64,000 bases of DNA from a virus (IMGVR_UViG_3300036855_000054:33058-97057), one strand, 5' to 3'; counted from the first letter of the stretch, positions 18,162 to 27,839 are shown. Notes: a model not told the origin generated them from the sequence alone. Translations and numbers: made by a program.

Positions 18162-19337
18162 ATGGCGACGATCGCCCCCGCTGGACCTGTCACAGTGCCA
18201 CCCGTCGTCGTGGTGGGCAGCCGTGCCCGCGTGCTGGCAGCCCGTGTCGCAGCCCCTGCTGGCCTGTATGTGCTCACCCAGGCGCTTGTCGTGGCGGTCG
18301 CCGCAGCCATGGCCGCCGTGCAGGGGCACACGCTGAACCTGCACGCATGGGACGGGGACTGGTATCTGCAGATCGCCCGGCACGGCTACGCGGCACCCGC
18401 CGGCCTGGCCGACGCTCACGGGCCGGCGTCCTGGTGGGCGCCGATGGCGTTCTTCCCCGCCTACCCGCTGCTGGTGCGGGCCGTGGCGCCGCTGGTCGGG
18501 TGGCACTGGGTGGTGGCCGGTGTCGCCGTGTCCCTGGCCGCGGGGATGGTGGCCGCGTGCGGTGTCGCCGCGCTCGCCCGGCGTGTCACCGGCTCCCGGC
18601 GGGCCGAGTTGCTGGCTGTGGTGCTGGTGGCTGCCGCGCCCATGAGCATCGTCCTGGCGATGACCTACCCCGCTGGGCTGGTGATCGCCGGGACCGTGTG
18701 GGCACTGGTGGGGGTGCTGCAGCGGCGGTGGGTGCTGGCTGCGCTGGGTGCGGTGCTCGCCGGGGCCTCGGCGCCGGTGGGGCTGCCCGCGGCGGTGGTG
18801 GTGATGATCGGCGCCCTGGTGGCCATCCGCGACGGTCAGGGACCGCGCTGGTGGCCGGTTGTGGCGCTGTTCGCGGCACCCACCGGGGCGTACGGGTACC
18901 TGCTGTGGGTGGCGCGGCAGGTGGGGTCGGTGTGGGGCTGGTCCCAGATCCAGCGCCAGGGTTGGGACACCGGCTGGGACGGGGGAGTGTCCACCGCCCG
19001 GTTCCTGCTCGGTTCCCTCACCGGCCGGGAGGTGTTCCCCCTGGTCACCGCGGCGGTCGTCGTGGCCGCCGTGGGGTTGCTCGCCTGGGCGTGGCGGCGT
19101 CTGCCGTGGCCGGTGTGGCTGCACGCCGCGCTGCTGCTGGCGCTCGTACTGGGCTCGGGTGGCATGGTGTGGGACAAGGCCCGCGATCTGCTGCCCGCCG
19201 CTGCGCTGCTCATCCCCGTGGCCGTGGTGCTGGCGTCGAAACCGGGCAGGGCCGGGGTGCTGCCCGTGGTTGTTCTGGTGGCGTTCGGGGTGTGGTTCAG
19301 CGGGTACGGGCTCACCGTGTGGCCCTACTCAATCTGA
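18162..19337 (+). CDS. GT-C membrane glycosyltransferase (PIG-V/mannosyltransferase-like)
   Basis: WDGDWYLQIARHGY and AFFPAYPLLVR motifs; about 10 TM segments. Confidence 0.85.
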   Translation: MATIAPAGPVTVPPVVVVGSRARVLAARVAAPAGLYVLTQALVVAVAAAMAAVQGHTLNLHAWDGDWYLQIARHGYAAPAGLADAHGPASWWAPMAFFPAYPLLVRAVAPLVGWHWVVAGVAVSLAAGMVAACGVAALARRVTGSRRAELLAVVLVAAAPMSIVLAMTYPAGLVIAGTVWALVGVLQRRWVLAALGAVLAGASAPVGLPAAVVVMIGALVAIRDGQGPRWWPVVALFAAPTGAYGYLLWVARQVGSVWGWSQIQRQGWDTGWDGGVSTARFLLGSLTGREVFPLVTAAVVVAAVGLLAWAWRRLPWPVWLHAALLLALVLGSGGMVWDKARDLLPAAALLIPVAVVLASKPGRAGVLPVVVLVAFGVWFSGYGLTVWPYSI

Positions 19338-19351
19338 CCTACGACGTGAGC

Positions 19352-19386
19352 GAGGCGGGGAGCGTCGGCCGCCGCTCACCCGCCTC
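19352..19386 (+). terminator. Hairpin after glycosyltransferase
   Basis: GAGGCGGGGAGCG ... CGCTCACCCGCCTC inverted repeat. Confidence 0.5.
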
Positions 19387-19558
19387 TACGGCTTTTGGTC
19401 TTAACCGGAGCCGTCAACCGCTCGGCGAGGGGAGTACCAGCGACCCCTGACGTTGTCTGCGCAGGGGGCGGTTGGCCACAGGTTAGGTGGGTTGTTGGCG
19501 CGGGCACAACACCGGGGGTGACACCACTACCGCCCGTGCACCTACGTGTGCAGAATGA

Positions 19559-19768
19559 ATGTTCATGCCCGTGGATCCCACCTGGAACGAGACGAGAGCC
19601 AGGATGCACACGTGGCTCGTCGTGACCGGCGAGTCATACGGCTCCAACGGCCCTGTCGATTCGGTCACCGTGGAGAACGTGCTGGAGTACTGGGACGAGA
19701 TGGTGCGCCGCCGTCCCGAGCTGGTCCGGATCCTGGGGGAGATCCACGCCGAGGACACCAGGAGCTAG
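19559..19768 (+). CDS. Hypothetical protein
   Basis: 69 aa ORF with plausible codon usage. Confidence 0.5.
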   Translation: MFMPVDPTWNETRARMHTWLVVTGESYGSNGPVDSVTVENVLEYWDEMVRRRPELVRILGEIHAEDTRS

Positions 19769-20104
19769 CTGCCCTTTGTCCGGCGCTTCTACCCACAGGC
19801 GAATTGCAACTCTGAGCTGTCGATCTGCGGCGGCAGGTTTTGGTTGCGCATGCGCGCCATCGGAGCACCGACCGCTGGGCTCAACGCCGTCGCGGGACCG
19901 GGCCTCGGTGTCAGCCAGCGTCAGATCGCCACCCTGGCCCGATGAAAAGAGGAGGACAGGGCCTGCACCACCATCGCGGGCCGGAGGAGGCGGCGAACAC
20001 CGCATCGCGCCGCCGAGACACGGAAGCCCTCACCGTGCCGTGGCGAGGGCTTCCAAAACCAGGTTGAAGAAGACACAGCAACCCAGATCGGAGAGTACAG
20101 CATC

Positions 20105-20203
20105 ATGGCTGCGCACGTTTATTCGATACACATGGCCCCGGGCGGCTCGACGCACGAGCACATCGAGCGTGTCCGCTACCTCGACACCCTGACCGCGTCG
20201 TGA
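20105..20203 (+). pseudogene. Truncated DUF3892-like gene fragment
   Basis: RBS GGAGAG then MAAHVYSIHMAPGGSTHEHIERVRYLDTLTAS*; resembles DUF3892 N-terminus (GG..HEHI); ends at a 17-bp repeat. Confidence 0.4.
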
Positions 20204-20432
20204 TCCGAGCCTGCCGGGCGTCGGCAACCCCTTCGCCGCGGGATGCCGATCCACCGGAACGGCTCATCGCAGTCCTCGCAGCGCACCCCCGCAGGGCTCG
20301 ACCCAGGGCAGCCCCGGGTCAGCGTCGACGAGACCCGAACTGCGGGCACCGCTGCGGCCCGCGTCATCAGACCCCGACTTCGGCCTTGGTATCCCTGGCT
20401 TCGCTGTCCGGGTTCACGGAGAGGATTGAGCG

Positions 20433-20663
20433 ATGGGCATCCCCGATCTGGACAACCGGTTCAGCTACCACGCGCCGCTGACCGAAGGGCGGCGTCACGC
20501 CCACGAGACGGTGCGGCAGGAATGCCGTGACCTGGCCGGGCTGCTCGACGGGCTCCTGCCGGACGGGCGGGAGAAATCGACCGCCATCACCAACCTCGAA
20601 CAGGTCATGTTCTGGGCCAACGCGGCGCTGGCACGCCAGCCTGATGCTGGTGGCACCCGTTGA
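20433..20663 (+). CDS. Acb2/Tad1-like helical-hairpin nucleotide sponge
   Basis: NRFSYHAP...HETVR...LP.GREKSTAITNLEQVMFWANAALAR matches the Acb2/Tad1 hairpin consensus. Confidence 0.75.
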   Translation: MGIPDLDNRFSYHAPLTEGRRHAHETVRQECRDLAGLLDGLLPDGREKSTAITNLEQVMFWANAALARQPDAGGTR

Positions 20664-21013
20664 GCGCCGCGTACTGGTGGGAGACCCGCCGGGATGGCGA
20701 GCCCACGGCCACCTACCTCGCCCGCGTGCTCGACGACCTCGGCGCAGCTGATGTGGCCACCCAGGCCCGACGGTTCCACTTCGATGACTACTTCTGCCCG
20801 GAGTCCGTGGATGACGGGGCGAACATCCATCGTCTCGTGTTCGCGGTAGAGGACTGGGCCAGGTCCGCGACCCGTGACCAGCGTGAACGGGCACGTGTTG
20901 TCAGCGCGGCCGCGAAGACGGGGGAGTTCGACGGCACCCGCGAGGAATCCCAGCAGTGGGCCGCGAGCTCCGACGGGCAGGCAGTGTTCCAGGACCTCGT
21001 CGAGGGCCGCTGA
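20660..21013 (+). CDS. Conserved phage hypothetical protein
   Basis: 117 aa with FDDY and GEFDGTREES..WA.S motifs; coupled to upstream gene. Confidence 0.65.
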   Translation: MSAAYWWETRRDGEPTATYLARVLDDLGAADVATQARRFHFDDYFCPESVDDGANIHRLVFAVEDWARSATRDQRERARVVSAAAKTGEFDGTREESQQWAASSDGQAVFQDLVEGR

Positions 21014-21187
21014 CCGTGATCCGAGCCTGCCCAGCCTTCCAGGACCGTCACGTCACCGGAACAGGCTGGCACTGGATCCCCTACCTCGCCGGGCGCAGGA
21101 TCAGGACGGTCCAGGCGCGAGACGCGCTGCTGTGATCGGCCTGGAGTTCAAGTCACGGCGGCCTAGGACACGCCACCTACCGCTGAG

Positions 21188-21562
21188 TCACTCGCCGGAC
21201 GCCTGCTTGTCGACACGACGGGTATCGAGCGCTTCCTTGCCGTCAGCCCAGTCACAGGCCGCCAGGAGCGCCATCGCGAACGCGCGACCCTCCGTGGTCC
21301 CGACGGCCTCCATGTCGCCTTTGTGCTGGAACGAGGCGCCCTCATAGAACACGATGCCTGGTTCCTCATCGAGGGTGCGCACCAGGAGTGGCGCACCGCC
21401 CCTGTCCTCTTTCGGCACGTGCCACTCGGCGCCCAGCTTCTGCCTGTTACTCCGCTCGAAGCGATCCGGCTTGAGCGGCGGCGCGTACGGGCCCAGCGCT
21501 GACGCCAGGTCCGTGAGTTCGGTCCGAAGCCTGGCCAGGAGAAGGCGCGGATCAGTGCTCAT
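21188..21562 (-). CDS. Hypothetical protein
   Basis: 124 aa from MSTDPRLLL. Confidence 0.55.
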   Translation of the reverse strand: MSTDPRLLLARLRTELTDLASALGPYAPPLKPDRFERSNRQKLGAEWHVPKEDRGGAPLLVRTLDEEPGIVFYEGASFQHKGDMEAVGTTEGRAFAMALLAACDWADGKEALDTRRVDKQASGE

Positions 21563-22106
21563 CCGCCCATTATCACAGGTCAACCGCATACCCACTCGTG
21601 CAACACACCTAGATCGCCACGACCCGGGGAGGTCACTGTGGGCGAACACCACTGGACCGACGAGTTCAACGAGTCCGACGACGAACACGACCTGGCCCTG
21701 GCAGCGCGGCGTGTGCAGCCCTTGGTGGCATGAAGGTCGATACTGGACCAGTGGATCACCGACGCAGTGGACCGCCACGCCCCACCGGGCGCCACCCAGC
21801 CCTGCGCGGCGGCGTGTACATCCCCGGACCGTTGGCCGACCGGCTCACCGACAGACGCTGCCTGGTGATCATCACCGTAGGTCTCACCGCCCTGTGCAGC
21901 ATGACCCTGACGATCCTGCTGCTCCTGGGGATCCTGCTGCCGGTCGTGTACTCCAGATGGCCACGACCGGCACAGGGCGACTGACGGCCCGCTGAGAGCG
22001 ATTCTGAGACGTCGAACCGGGCCGGCCGGGGTGACGGGATGGCCGGAAACGACCACCTAACAGCAGTGATCGTCGTGGAGGACTGGTCCGAGGTGCCGGC
22101 CGACGG

Positions 22107-22271
22107 TCACCGCGCGCCCACCTTGACGTACCCCGAGGACCCCAGCCGGGACAGGCGGCGCGCCACCGGCTCAGCCCTGACCATGCCGTCCCCGTGGGTG
22201 GGGCATGAGGGTGGGGTGGTGGACTCGCTGGCCTCACCGCAGGGATGGACGGGGCAGCGCCAGGCGGTCAC
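22107..22271 (-). CDS. Small Zn-binding protein
   Basis: WRCPVHPC...CPTHG; GTGA coupling. Confidence 0.45.
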   Translation of the reverse strand: MTAWRCPVHPCGEASESTTPPSCPTHGDGMVRAEPVARRLSRLGSSGYVKVGAR

Positions 22272-22513
22272 CGCTGGTCCTCGGGTTCCAGCTCGCGGTG
22301 CGTGGCATAGCACTGTGTGGCGCCGTTGTACGGGTCCGGCTCGTCGAAGGTGAGTTGCACCCCGGGTGCTCCGGGTATCAGGTCCACCCCGGTCACGGTG
22401 CCCGCGATGCGGATCGTGTGCCGCCGCTGCCTGCCGCTGCCCGGCACCTCACGCGGCCAGACGGCTCGGTCGCCTACGGTCCAGGTCACCGCTTCACCTT
22501 GGCTCAGCACCAT
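22268..22513 (-). CDS. Hypothetical SH3/KOW-like protein
   Basis: WTVGDRAVW...GTVTGV pattern. Confidence 0.5.
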   Translation of the reverse strand: MVLSQGEAVTWTVGDRAVWPREVPGSGRQRRHTIRIAGTVTGVDLIPGAPGVQLTFDEPDPYNGATQCYATHRELEPEDQR

Positions 22514-22630
22514 CTCAGTTCCTCTCAGATGTCGTCGGTGTGCACCAGGATCAGGGCGTGCTCGTCGGTGACGCCGTGGACAGTTGCAGCGGGGGTGACG
22601 GGGATGGCCGGAACAGCCCCCCCTGACGGC

Positions 22631-22683
22631 AAAGAAACCGCCGGGCCACGCGAGGGGGGGAGGCGCGGCCCGGCGGTCTCTTT
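22631..22683 (-). terminator. Intrinsic terminator downstream of recombinase
   Basis: ACCGCCGGGCC / GGCCCGGCGGT stem flanked by T-rich tracts. Confidence 0.7.
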
Positions 22684-22747
22684 GCAACCCAACCACTTCA
22701 GGAACCCGGGCGTCAGGGTAGACGATCAGACCGACAACGGCGCGGCA

Positions 22748-23833
22748 TTAGCCGTCGGTGGTGTCCGGGTCGAACGCCGCGGCGACACCATAGGCGGGAC
22801 TGCGCTCTAGGTTGATGATGTGCACCCCGTAGCGGGCCGTCGTGGTGCCGTACTGATGCCCGACCGCGTGCTGGATCGACTCCGCCGCGTAGCCCTGGCG
22901 GCGAGCCTCGGTGATGAACGAGTGTCGCCCGACGTGCGGGTGCACGCTATCCGGATCATCGACGCCGGCGAGCGCGGCGATGCGCTTGACCAGGGCGAGC
23001 ACCTCGCGCCGGAGCATCGGCTTGCCGGTGGCGGTGGCGAACAGCGGGGTAATGGCCGCACTCGCATGACCTCGGCGGACTGGCAGGCGATTCAGGTCTG
23101 ACCGGGACGCCAGGTAGGCGTCGATGCGGGAACACACCTGCGGAGGCAGGGCGAAGATGTGTTCCTTGTGGCCCTTGAGCTCAGACCGGAGCACGCGGCG
23201 GCCGTCCTGGACGTACATGTCGCCCACCATCGCGCCGCATACCTCGCTAACTCGCGGTCCAACCAGGAACAGCAGGGCGATCAATGCCGAGGACCGCGCG
23301 TGGACACCCTCAACCGGGTCGTTGTCTGCCGCGTGGATGAGTGCCCGCACTTCGGCTTTGGAGAGAGACCTGGTGGTAGACGGGTCGTTCGAGGCTTGGA
23401 GACCCTTCTTGCGGCGGTCGATCAGTGCGACCGGGTTGGATTCGGTATGGCCGTCGTGCATGGCCCAGACGTAGAAGCTGGATGCGGTCGCGACCATCTG
23501 AGCCCGGCTGCGCTTCGACAGCGGTTCGTCTGTCTCCGCGTCGCGACTCGCTTCGGCGGCGTCGATCCAGGCGAGTACGTGGAGGCGCTTGGCGTCGAAC
23601 AGGTGCACCCCATTGCGGTGGCACCACGCCAACCATCCGAATCCCTGACGTACGGCTCGGTACCCGCGCCATTCCCCGGTAGTGACGCGATACGGCCAGC
23701 CGATGGCGTCCGCATAGGTCGTCCGGGAGTTGCCGCTGTACTCGGCGAGCCATTGACCGATGAGGTGGAGACCTTCCTGCCAGCGTTCGTCGTCGGGCGA
23801 GGGGACTGGCCGTGCGGGCAGCAATTCGGTCAT
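22748..23833 (-). CDS. Tyrosine recombinase/integrase
   Basis: Catalytic R (GPRVSE), K (LKGHK), HxxR (HPHVGRH), H (VGH), Y (ARY); N-terminal SAM-like domain. Confidence 0.9.
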   Translation of the reverse strand: MTELLPARPVPSPDDERWQEGLHLIGQWLAEYSGNSRTTYADAIGWPYRVTTGEWRGYRAVRQGFGWLAWCHRNGVHLFDAKRLHVLAWIDAAEASRDAETDEPLSKRSRAQMVATASSFYVWAMHDGHTESNPVALIDRRKKGLQASNDPSTTRSLSKAEVRALIHAADNDPVEGVHARSSALIALLFLVGPRVSEVCGAMVGDMYVQDGRRVLRSELKGHKEHIFALPPQVCSRIDAYLASRSDLNRLPVRRGHASAAITPLFATATGKPMLRREVLALVKRIAALAGVDDPDSVHPHVGRHSFITEARRQGYAAESIQHAVGHQYGTTTARYGVHIINLERSPAYGVAAAFDPDTTDG

Positions 23834-23984
23834 CCGTGACTACCCTCCGGTCGGTTGTAACACTGTCACCATACTACCATCATAAGCCAGGTTATGGGTG
23901 GACCTACACGCTCGGCGCCAAGATTTGGTCCGGCACCCGTCACCCGTCACCCACGGCGCCCCTCGCGCGCGCACTCGCGCGGCC

Positions 23985-24704
23985 TCACAGGGTCACCGCC
24001 CTGCAGACCAGGCAGGTGTGACCCAGCTCCGTTGCCTCGTGGCACCGGTCGATGCACGCCTCACAGAACCGGCCCCCTTGCTTGGGTGTGCCGCGGCGGC
24101 ACCGTTCACACTCGGGCTCCTGGGATGGGGCCGGGGCGCAGCCCTCCATCTGGCCGGCGAGCACGTCCGCGGTGGCTGCGGCGACCTGGGTGGCGTTGAC
24201 GGCTTCGGTCAGCGGGAACTCGGGGTGCGGGCTGGTCACTTTGTCACCGTTCTCGACTGGTGCGGTCTCCTGCAGGTAGAGGGCCGCCAGGGGGATGTGG
24301 GCGTGGTTGAGGAACTGATACAGGCTGTTGACCGCGCCGGCAGCGTCCTGCAGGCACACCACCGCGTAGGCCGCCTCGGCGCGCGCCGACTCCTGGTCGT
24401 CCCGGTTGTTGGCGTTCCGCAGGTTGGGGTTCACCCCCAGGCCCTCCACCAGGTAGGCCACCTGCCGCAGGGTCTGTTCCAGACCACCAACGGCGGCTTG
24501 GAGGTTGCCCACCAGGCTGGACACGTCAGCCGGGTGAGGCAGCGCGGTGGCGGCGCCCTGGCTGGTGGCGTAATTCAGGTAGCGCACCAGCTCGCTGATC
24601 GTGGCGGCGGCGGCGATGGTGTGCTCCGCGTCGTAGGGGCCGTGCAGGGGCCAGTGCTCGTGCACCAGTTCCTCGGGGTCGGGGTGGGAGTCATTGCGGT
24701 TCAT
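23985..24704 (-). CDS. Hypothetical protein with C-terminal Cys cluster
   Basis: 239 aa; helical N-terminus; CERC...CEAC.D.C.E...H.C..C. Confidence 0.6.
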   Translation of the reverse strand: MNRNDSHPDPEELVHEHWPLHGPYDAEHTIAAAATISELVRYLNYATSQGAATALPHPADVSSLVGNLQAAVGGLEQTLRQVAYLVEGLGVNPNLRNANNRDDQESARAEAAYAVVCLQDAAGAVNSLYQFLNHAHIPLAALYLQETAPVENGDKVTSPHPEFPLTEAVNATQVAAATADVLAGQMEGCAPAPSQEPECERCRRGTPKQGGRFCEACIDRCHEATELGHTCLVCRAVTL

Positions 24705-24747
24705 GGTTGGTCTCCGTCGTGGGTGGGGACGTACATCCGATCCACTG

Positions 24748-25026
24748 TCAGGTCCAGCCAGCGCCGCTGGTAATGAGGTCCCAGCATTCCCCGCAGTACT
24801 CGCCCGGCATGTAGTGAAGTTCCTTGCATGCCGGGCAGACCTTCGGGTGTCGCCACCGATCCAGGCTTGCGTTCACCCGCGCCCTAATGCGGCCAATGGC
24901 AGCCGAAACCGCTGCGCTCACCGCCGGGAACGATGCTGCTGCCACGCCGATCGCCATGTGCGGGATGGTCTCGCGCCCGAAGGGGTTCCGGATGGGTCGG
25001 CTCTCGCGGGCTTGGTCCTCAGTCAT
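24748..25026 (-). CDS. Hypothetical Zn-ribbon protein
   Basis: CPAC...CGEC; RBS AAGGA. Confidence 0.5.
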   Translation of the reverse strand: MTEDQARESRPIRNPFGRETIPHMAIGVAAASFPAVSAAVSAAIGRIRARVNASLDRWRHPKVCPACKELHYMPGEYCGECWDLITSGAGWT

Positions 25027-25134
25027 GGCGGTCGGGGTCCTTTTTTATCTCGCAGCGGTGGGGACTCTTGATCCTGTCGCGTGTTTCGCCAGTTCAAATG
25101 TGCTTACTACGGTACCACGGTGTACGATTCTGGC

Positions 25135-25404
25135 GTGACTGAACCACCGCGCAACCTCGACCAACTACGGGCCATGCCGCCAGGGCGGGATCGGATCAAG
25201 GCCGCCAACGCCTATATCGAGCAGCGCGAGGAAGCCATCGCCGAGGCTCAGCGCATCCGCGACGGGGACGTTCAGGCCTTGGACGCTGCCATCGGAGCCA
25301 CCAAGACGGCACGGGATCTCGGCTGTAGCCGCTCCACCGTGCTGCTCATCCGTGGCCGGGATACCTCCGGCAAGAAGCCGCGCAAGAAGCGGCAGCGCTG
25401 GTGA
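25135..25404 (+). CDS. Small HTH-like DNA-binding protein (leaderless)
   Basis: ATKTARDLGCSRSTVLLIR HTH; TACGAT -10 six nt before GTG; paralog of the ORF at 39546-39813. Confidence 0.6.
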   Translation: MTEPPRNLDQLRAMPPGRDRIKAANAYIEQREEAIAEAQRIRDGDVQALDAAIGATKTARDLGCSRSTVLLIRGRDTSGKKPRKKRQRW

Positions 25405-25819
25405 GCACCGTCATCCCGGCATCGAGGGCCGGGCGCGCGTACATCGACGGATCACCGGTCTCAGCGTGACCACCATCAAGCTGATCAAAGCCCGAACGGA
25501 GGGCGAGTCATGAACGGGAACGGCTACGGCCCAATTGAGTACCGCATCACCTTCTGCGGCAGGTACCCGCGCGAGCAGCACCCTTCGTTCCCCGCCGCTG
25601 ACCATGACGGATGGCTAGTGGTGCTCGCCTGGGCCTACCAGGAGGCACAGCAGACCGCCAACCGGGTATTGGGTTCTGAGTGGTGCAACATCTACGCCCC
25701 GCACTACGCCTCCTACCAGGCGATGGCCCAGTACTACCCGAAGGGCGAACTCGGCTTCCTTGACTCCACCGTCCCGCCGAGTCGACAGGAGGTGACCCGG
25801 CGGTGAGCACCGTCATCCC
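25400..25819 (+). repeat. 18-bp direct repeat GGTGAGCACCGTCATCCC
   Basis: Identical copies at 25400-25417 and 25802-25819. Confidence 0.85.
25510..25806 (+). CDS. Hypothetical protein
   Basis: 98 aa, RBS GGAGG. Confidence 0.55.
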   Translation: MNGNGYGPIEYRITFCGRYPREQHPSFPAADHDGWLVVLAWAYQEAQQTANRVLGSEWCNIYAPHYASYQAMAQYYPKGELGFLDSTVPPSRQEVTRR

Positions 25820-25886
25820 CGGTAGACCACGGCGCCCGGACTCCCCTGCCATGGTGTTGCTGTAGTTCCGTCACCGTGACACAAAG

Positions 25887-25923
25887 TTCGGCGGCCCGCT
25901 GCTGGTGCTAGCGGGCCGCCGAA
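25887..25923. terminator. Bidirectional terminator between convergent genes
   Basis: TTCGGCGGCCCGCT / AGCGGGCCGCCGAA perfect 14-bp stem. Confidence 0.8.
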
Positions 25924-25938
25924 GTCGCCTCACCGTCG

Positions 25939-27009
25939 TTACGCGCCGGGATGTGCAAGTCTCCGTGACGCCTCGTCGTACGCGGCGCCGCGGCCCTCGG
26001 CGAGCACGAACTCGGCGGTGTTGCCGGAGTTGATGTCCGTCTGGTCCTCGGTGGTCTCCCACCCGGCCCGGCCGAACACCCAGTCACCGAACGAGCCGAG
26101 TGCCTGCGTGGCTTCCCGCTGCCGGGTGGCCAGGGACAACGGATAGGCAGTGCCGGGCAGCGCGGCGATACGGTGCGGATCGGTGACGATCTCCACCCGG
26201 CCGGTGTGCCCGTCGTACAGGGCCACCCCGGCGAAACGTTCGGTGACCACCATCCAGCCCACCTGCCGCGTCATCGGCACTACCACCACGGGGCGCGATC
26301 CGTCGCAGTAGGCGTAGGCGTCGGCCGGGTCGAACCGCCACCAGCGCTGCTCGTGCGCGATCTGCCGGCCTAGGTTGTGGGAGAACCAGCCGCCGATCCG
26401 GGCGTCGGCTGCCTGGTCGAATTGGCAGGTCGTGGCGCTGCCCCGGCCGGTCAGCGGGATCGACTGGGCCAGCAGCACCTGGTAGCCGGCGAAGATGCCC
26501 CTGCGGGTGACCAGGCTCATGTACTGGTCACCCTGCGGGATGTAGCTGGTGGTGGCGATGTCGCCGGGGTAGTCACCGAGGTTCGGCCGGGCCTGGGCTT
26601 CCGCGACCTGGTACGGGGCGCGTTTGCCCAGTTCGCCGAGCGGTGCACTGGTCACCGAGATGGACGGCGTGTACTGCTTGGCCTGCAGGTAGCCGTGGTA
26701 GCCGATGGACCACCAGCCCAGTGCGATCAGGCCGACGATGCCCACCAGCCACGCCGCAGCCCACGCCGGGAGAGGGTTGCCATCCCGCTCCTCCCGCCAG
26801 GCGCCGAGCACCGCCAGTACGCCCACGACGACGAGCAGGGCTACGAGCGGGACCAGCACGAACAGGCTCGACCGCAACGACCACCACAGGATCGTCGGGT
26901 AGTAGTCGCCGACGCCGAAGAACAGCGCGATCGGCGAGACGATGGCCGCGGCGACCGCTGCGGGGATGGCGAACGTTCTCATTGGTCCCTTCCGGGGGGT
27001 AGTGGTCAT
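25939..27009 (-). CDS. Membrane-anchored protein (3 TM plus extracellular domain), possibly C-terminally truncated
   Basis: Hydrophobic N-terminal segments; abrupt end at terminator. Confidence 0.65.
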   Translation of the reverse strand: MTTTPRKGPMRTFAIPAAVAAAIVSPIALFFGVGDYYPTILWWSLRSSLFVLVPLVALLVVVGVLAVLGAWREERDGNPLPAWAAAWLVGIVGLIALGWWSIGYHGYLQAKQYTPSISVTSAPLGELGKRAPYQVAEAQARPNLGDYPGDIATTSYIPQGDQYMSLVTRRGIFAGYQVLLAQSIPLTGRGSATTCQFDQAADARIGGWFSHNLGRQIAHEQRWWRFDPADAYAYCDGSRPVVVVPMTRQVGWMVVTERFAGVALYDGHTGRVEIVTDPHRIAALPGTAYPLSLATRQREATQALGSFGDWVFGRAGWETTEDQTDINSGNTAEFVLAEGRGAAYDEASRRLAHPGA

Positions 27010-27044
27010 ACGGTCACCAGCGCAGTGTCCGCGAGTGGAGGCGC

Positions 27045-27839
27045 TCACGAGGCTGCTCCGTCCAGCAGGCCGGGAAGGGTGCACCGGTCATTCGCAAAGC
27101 GGATCGCGGCCTGCTCGCAGGCCGCCTCATCGCCCTCGATGAGTACCGCGCGGCGGCCGATTGACTTCGCTGCCACCCCGGTTGTTCCTGATCCCGCAAA
27201 GCAGTCGAGGACGAGCCCGCCTACTGGAGTGCATTCGCGCACCAGTGGGATGATGGTGACGAGGGGCTTCTCCGAGGGGCGCCCGCGGTACGGCGGCTTC
27301 GATTCAACGATGTAAGTCACCGACCTGGGGTGGCGAGTCCCGTCGTCAGTCCAGGCGCGCTCCCGCGCGCCTCCCGTGTGGTGGCTCGTGCCGAGCGATT
27401 TGCTCTTGACGCCGTTGTTTGGGCCGTCATGGGGGACCCGCTCCCACTCGTGGTGCAGAGCGCCCCAGTTGCCGCGATAGAACTGGTATGCCCACTCGTG
27501 GACCTTCGCTAGCCGATCCCGGGAGGCGGGGCCGGAGCCCTTGGTCTTCACCCACAGCTGCTCCTGGGCGAACTTCCAGGCCGCAAAGTCGTCGCGACGG
27601 TCCCAGAACATGCGCGCCGAACCGAAGCACCACAGGGTGGCCGAAGCCGGGAGTGCCGCACCGACGGCATCTACCCAACCGTCCGGCCAGCGGTCCCACG
27701 TTGCGGAAGTTTCGCCGTAGGGCGGGTCCACCACGGCTGCGTCGGGACGGGCACCGTCAGTGGTGAGTACCGGCAGCACCGCGCGGCAATCCCCGTGATA
27801 CAGCGTCACGTACTCGTCGGAGTAGTAGGGCGCGCTCAT
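27045..27839 (-). CDS. DNA N4-C/N6-A methyltransferase (beta class)
   Basis: [27 protein letters not shown]. Confidence 0.9.
   Translation of the reverse strand: MSAPYYSDEYVTLYHGDCRAVLPVLTTDGARPDAAVVDPPYGETSATWDRWPDGWVDAVGAALPASATLWCFGSARMFWDRRDDFAAWKFAQEQLWVKTKGSGPASRDRLAKVHEWAYQFYRGNWGALHHEWERVPHDGPNNGVKSKSLGTSHHTGGARERAWTDDGTRHPRSVTYIVESKPPYRGRPSEKPLVTIIPLVRECTPVGGLVLDCFAGSGTTGVAAKSIGRRAVLIEGDEAACEQAAIRFANDRCTLPGLLDGAAS

Larger units (their letters stand above)
20199..21031 (+). repeat. 17-bp direct repeat CGTGATCCGAGCCTGCC flanking the Acb2-like cassette
   Basis: Identical copies at 20199-20215 and 21015-21031. Confidence 0.85.

Noticed and set aside
22520-23984. attP/attL site near the tyrosine recombinase
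   Set aside because: No tRNA-like core or host junction recognisable; phage-like genes continue on both sides
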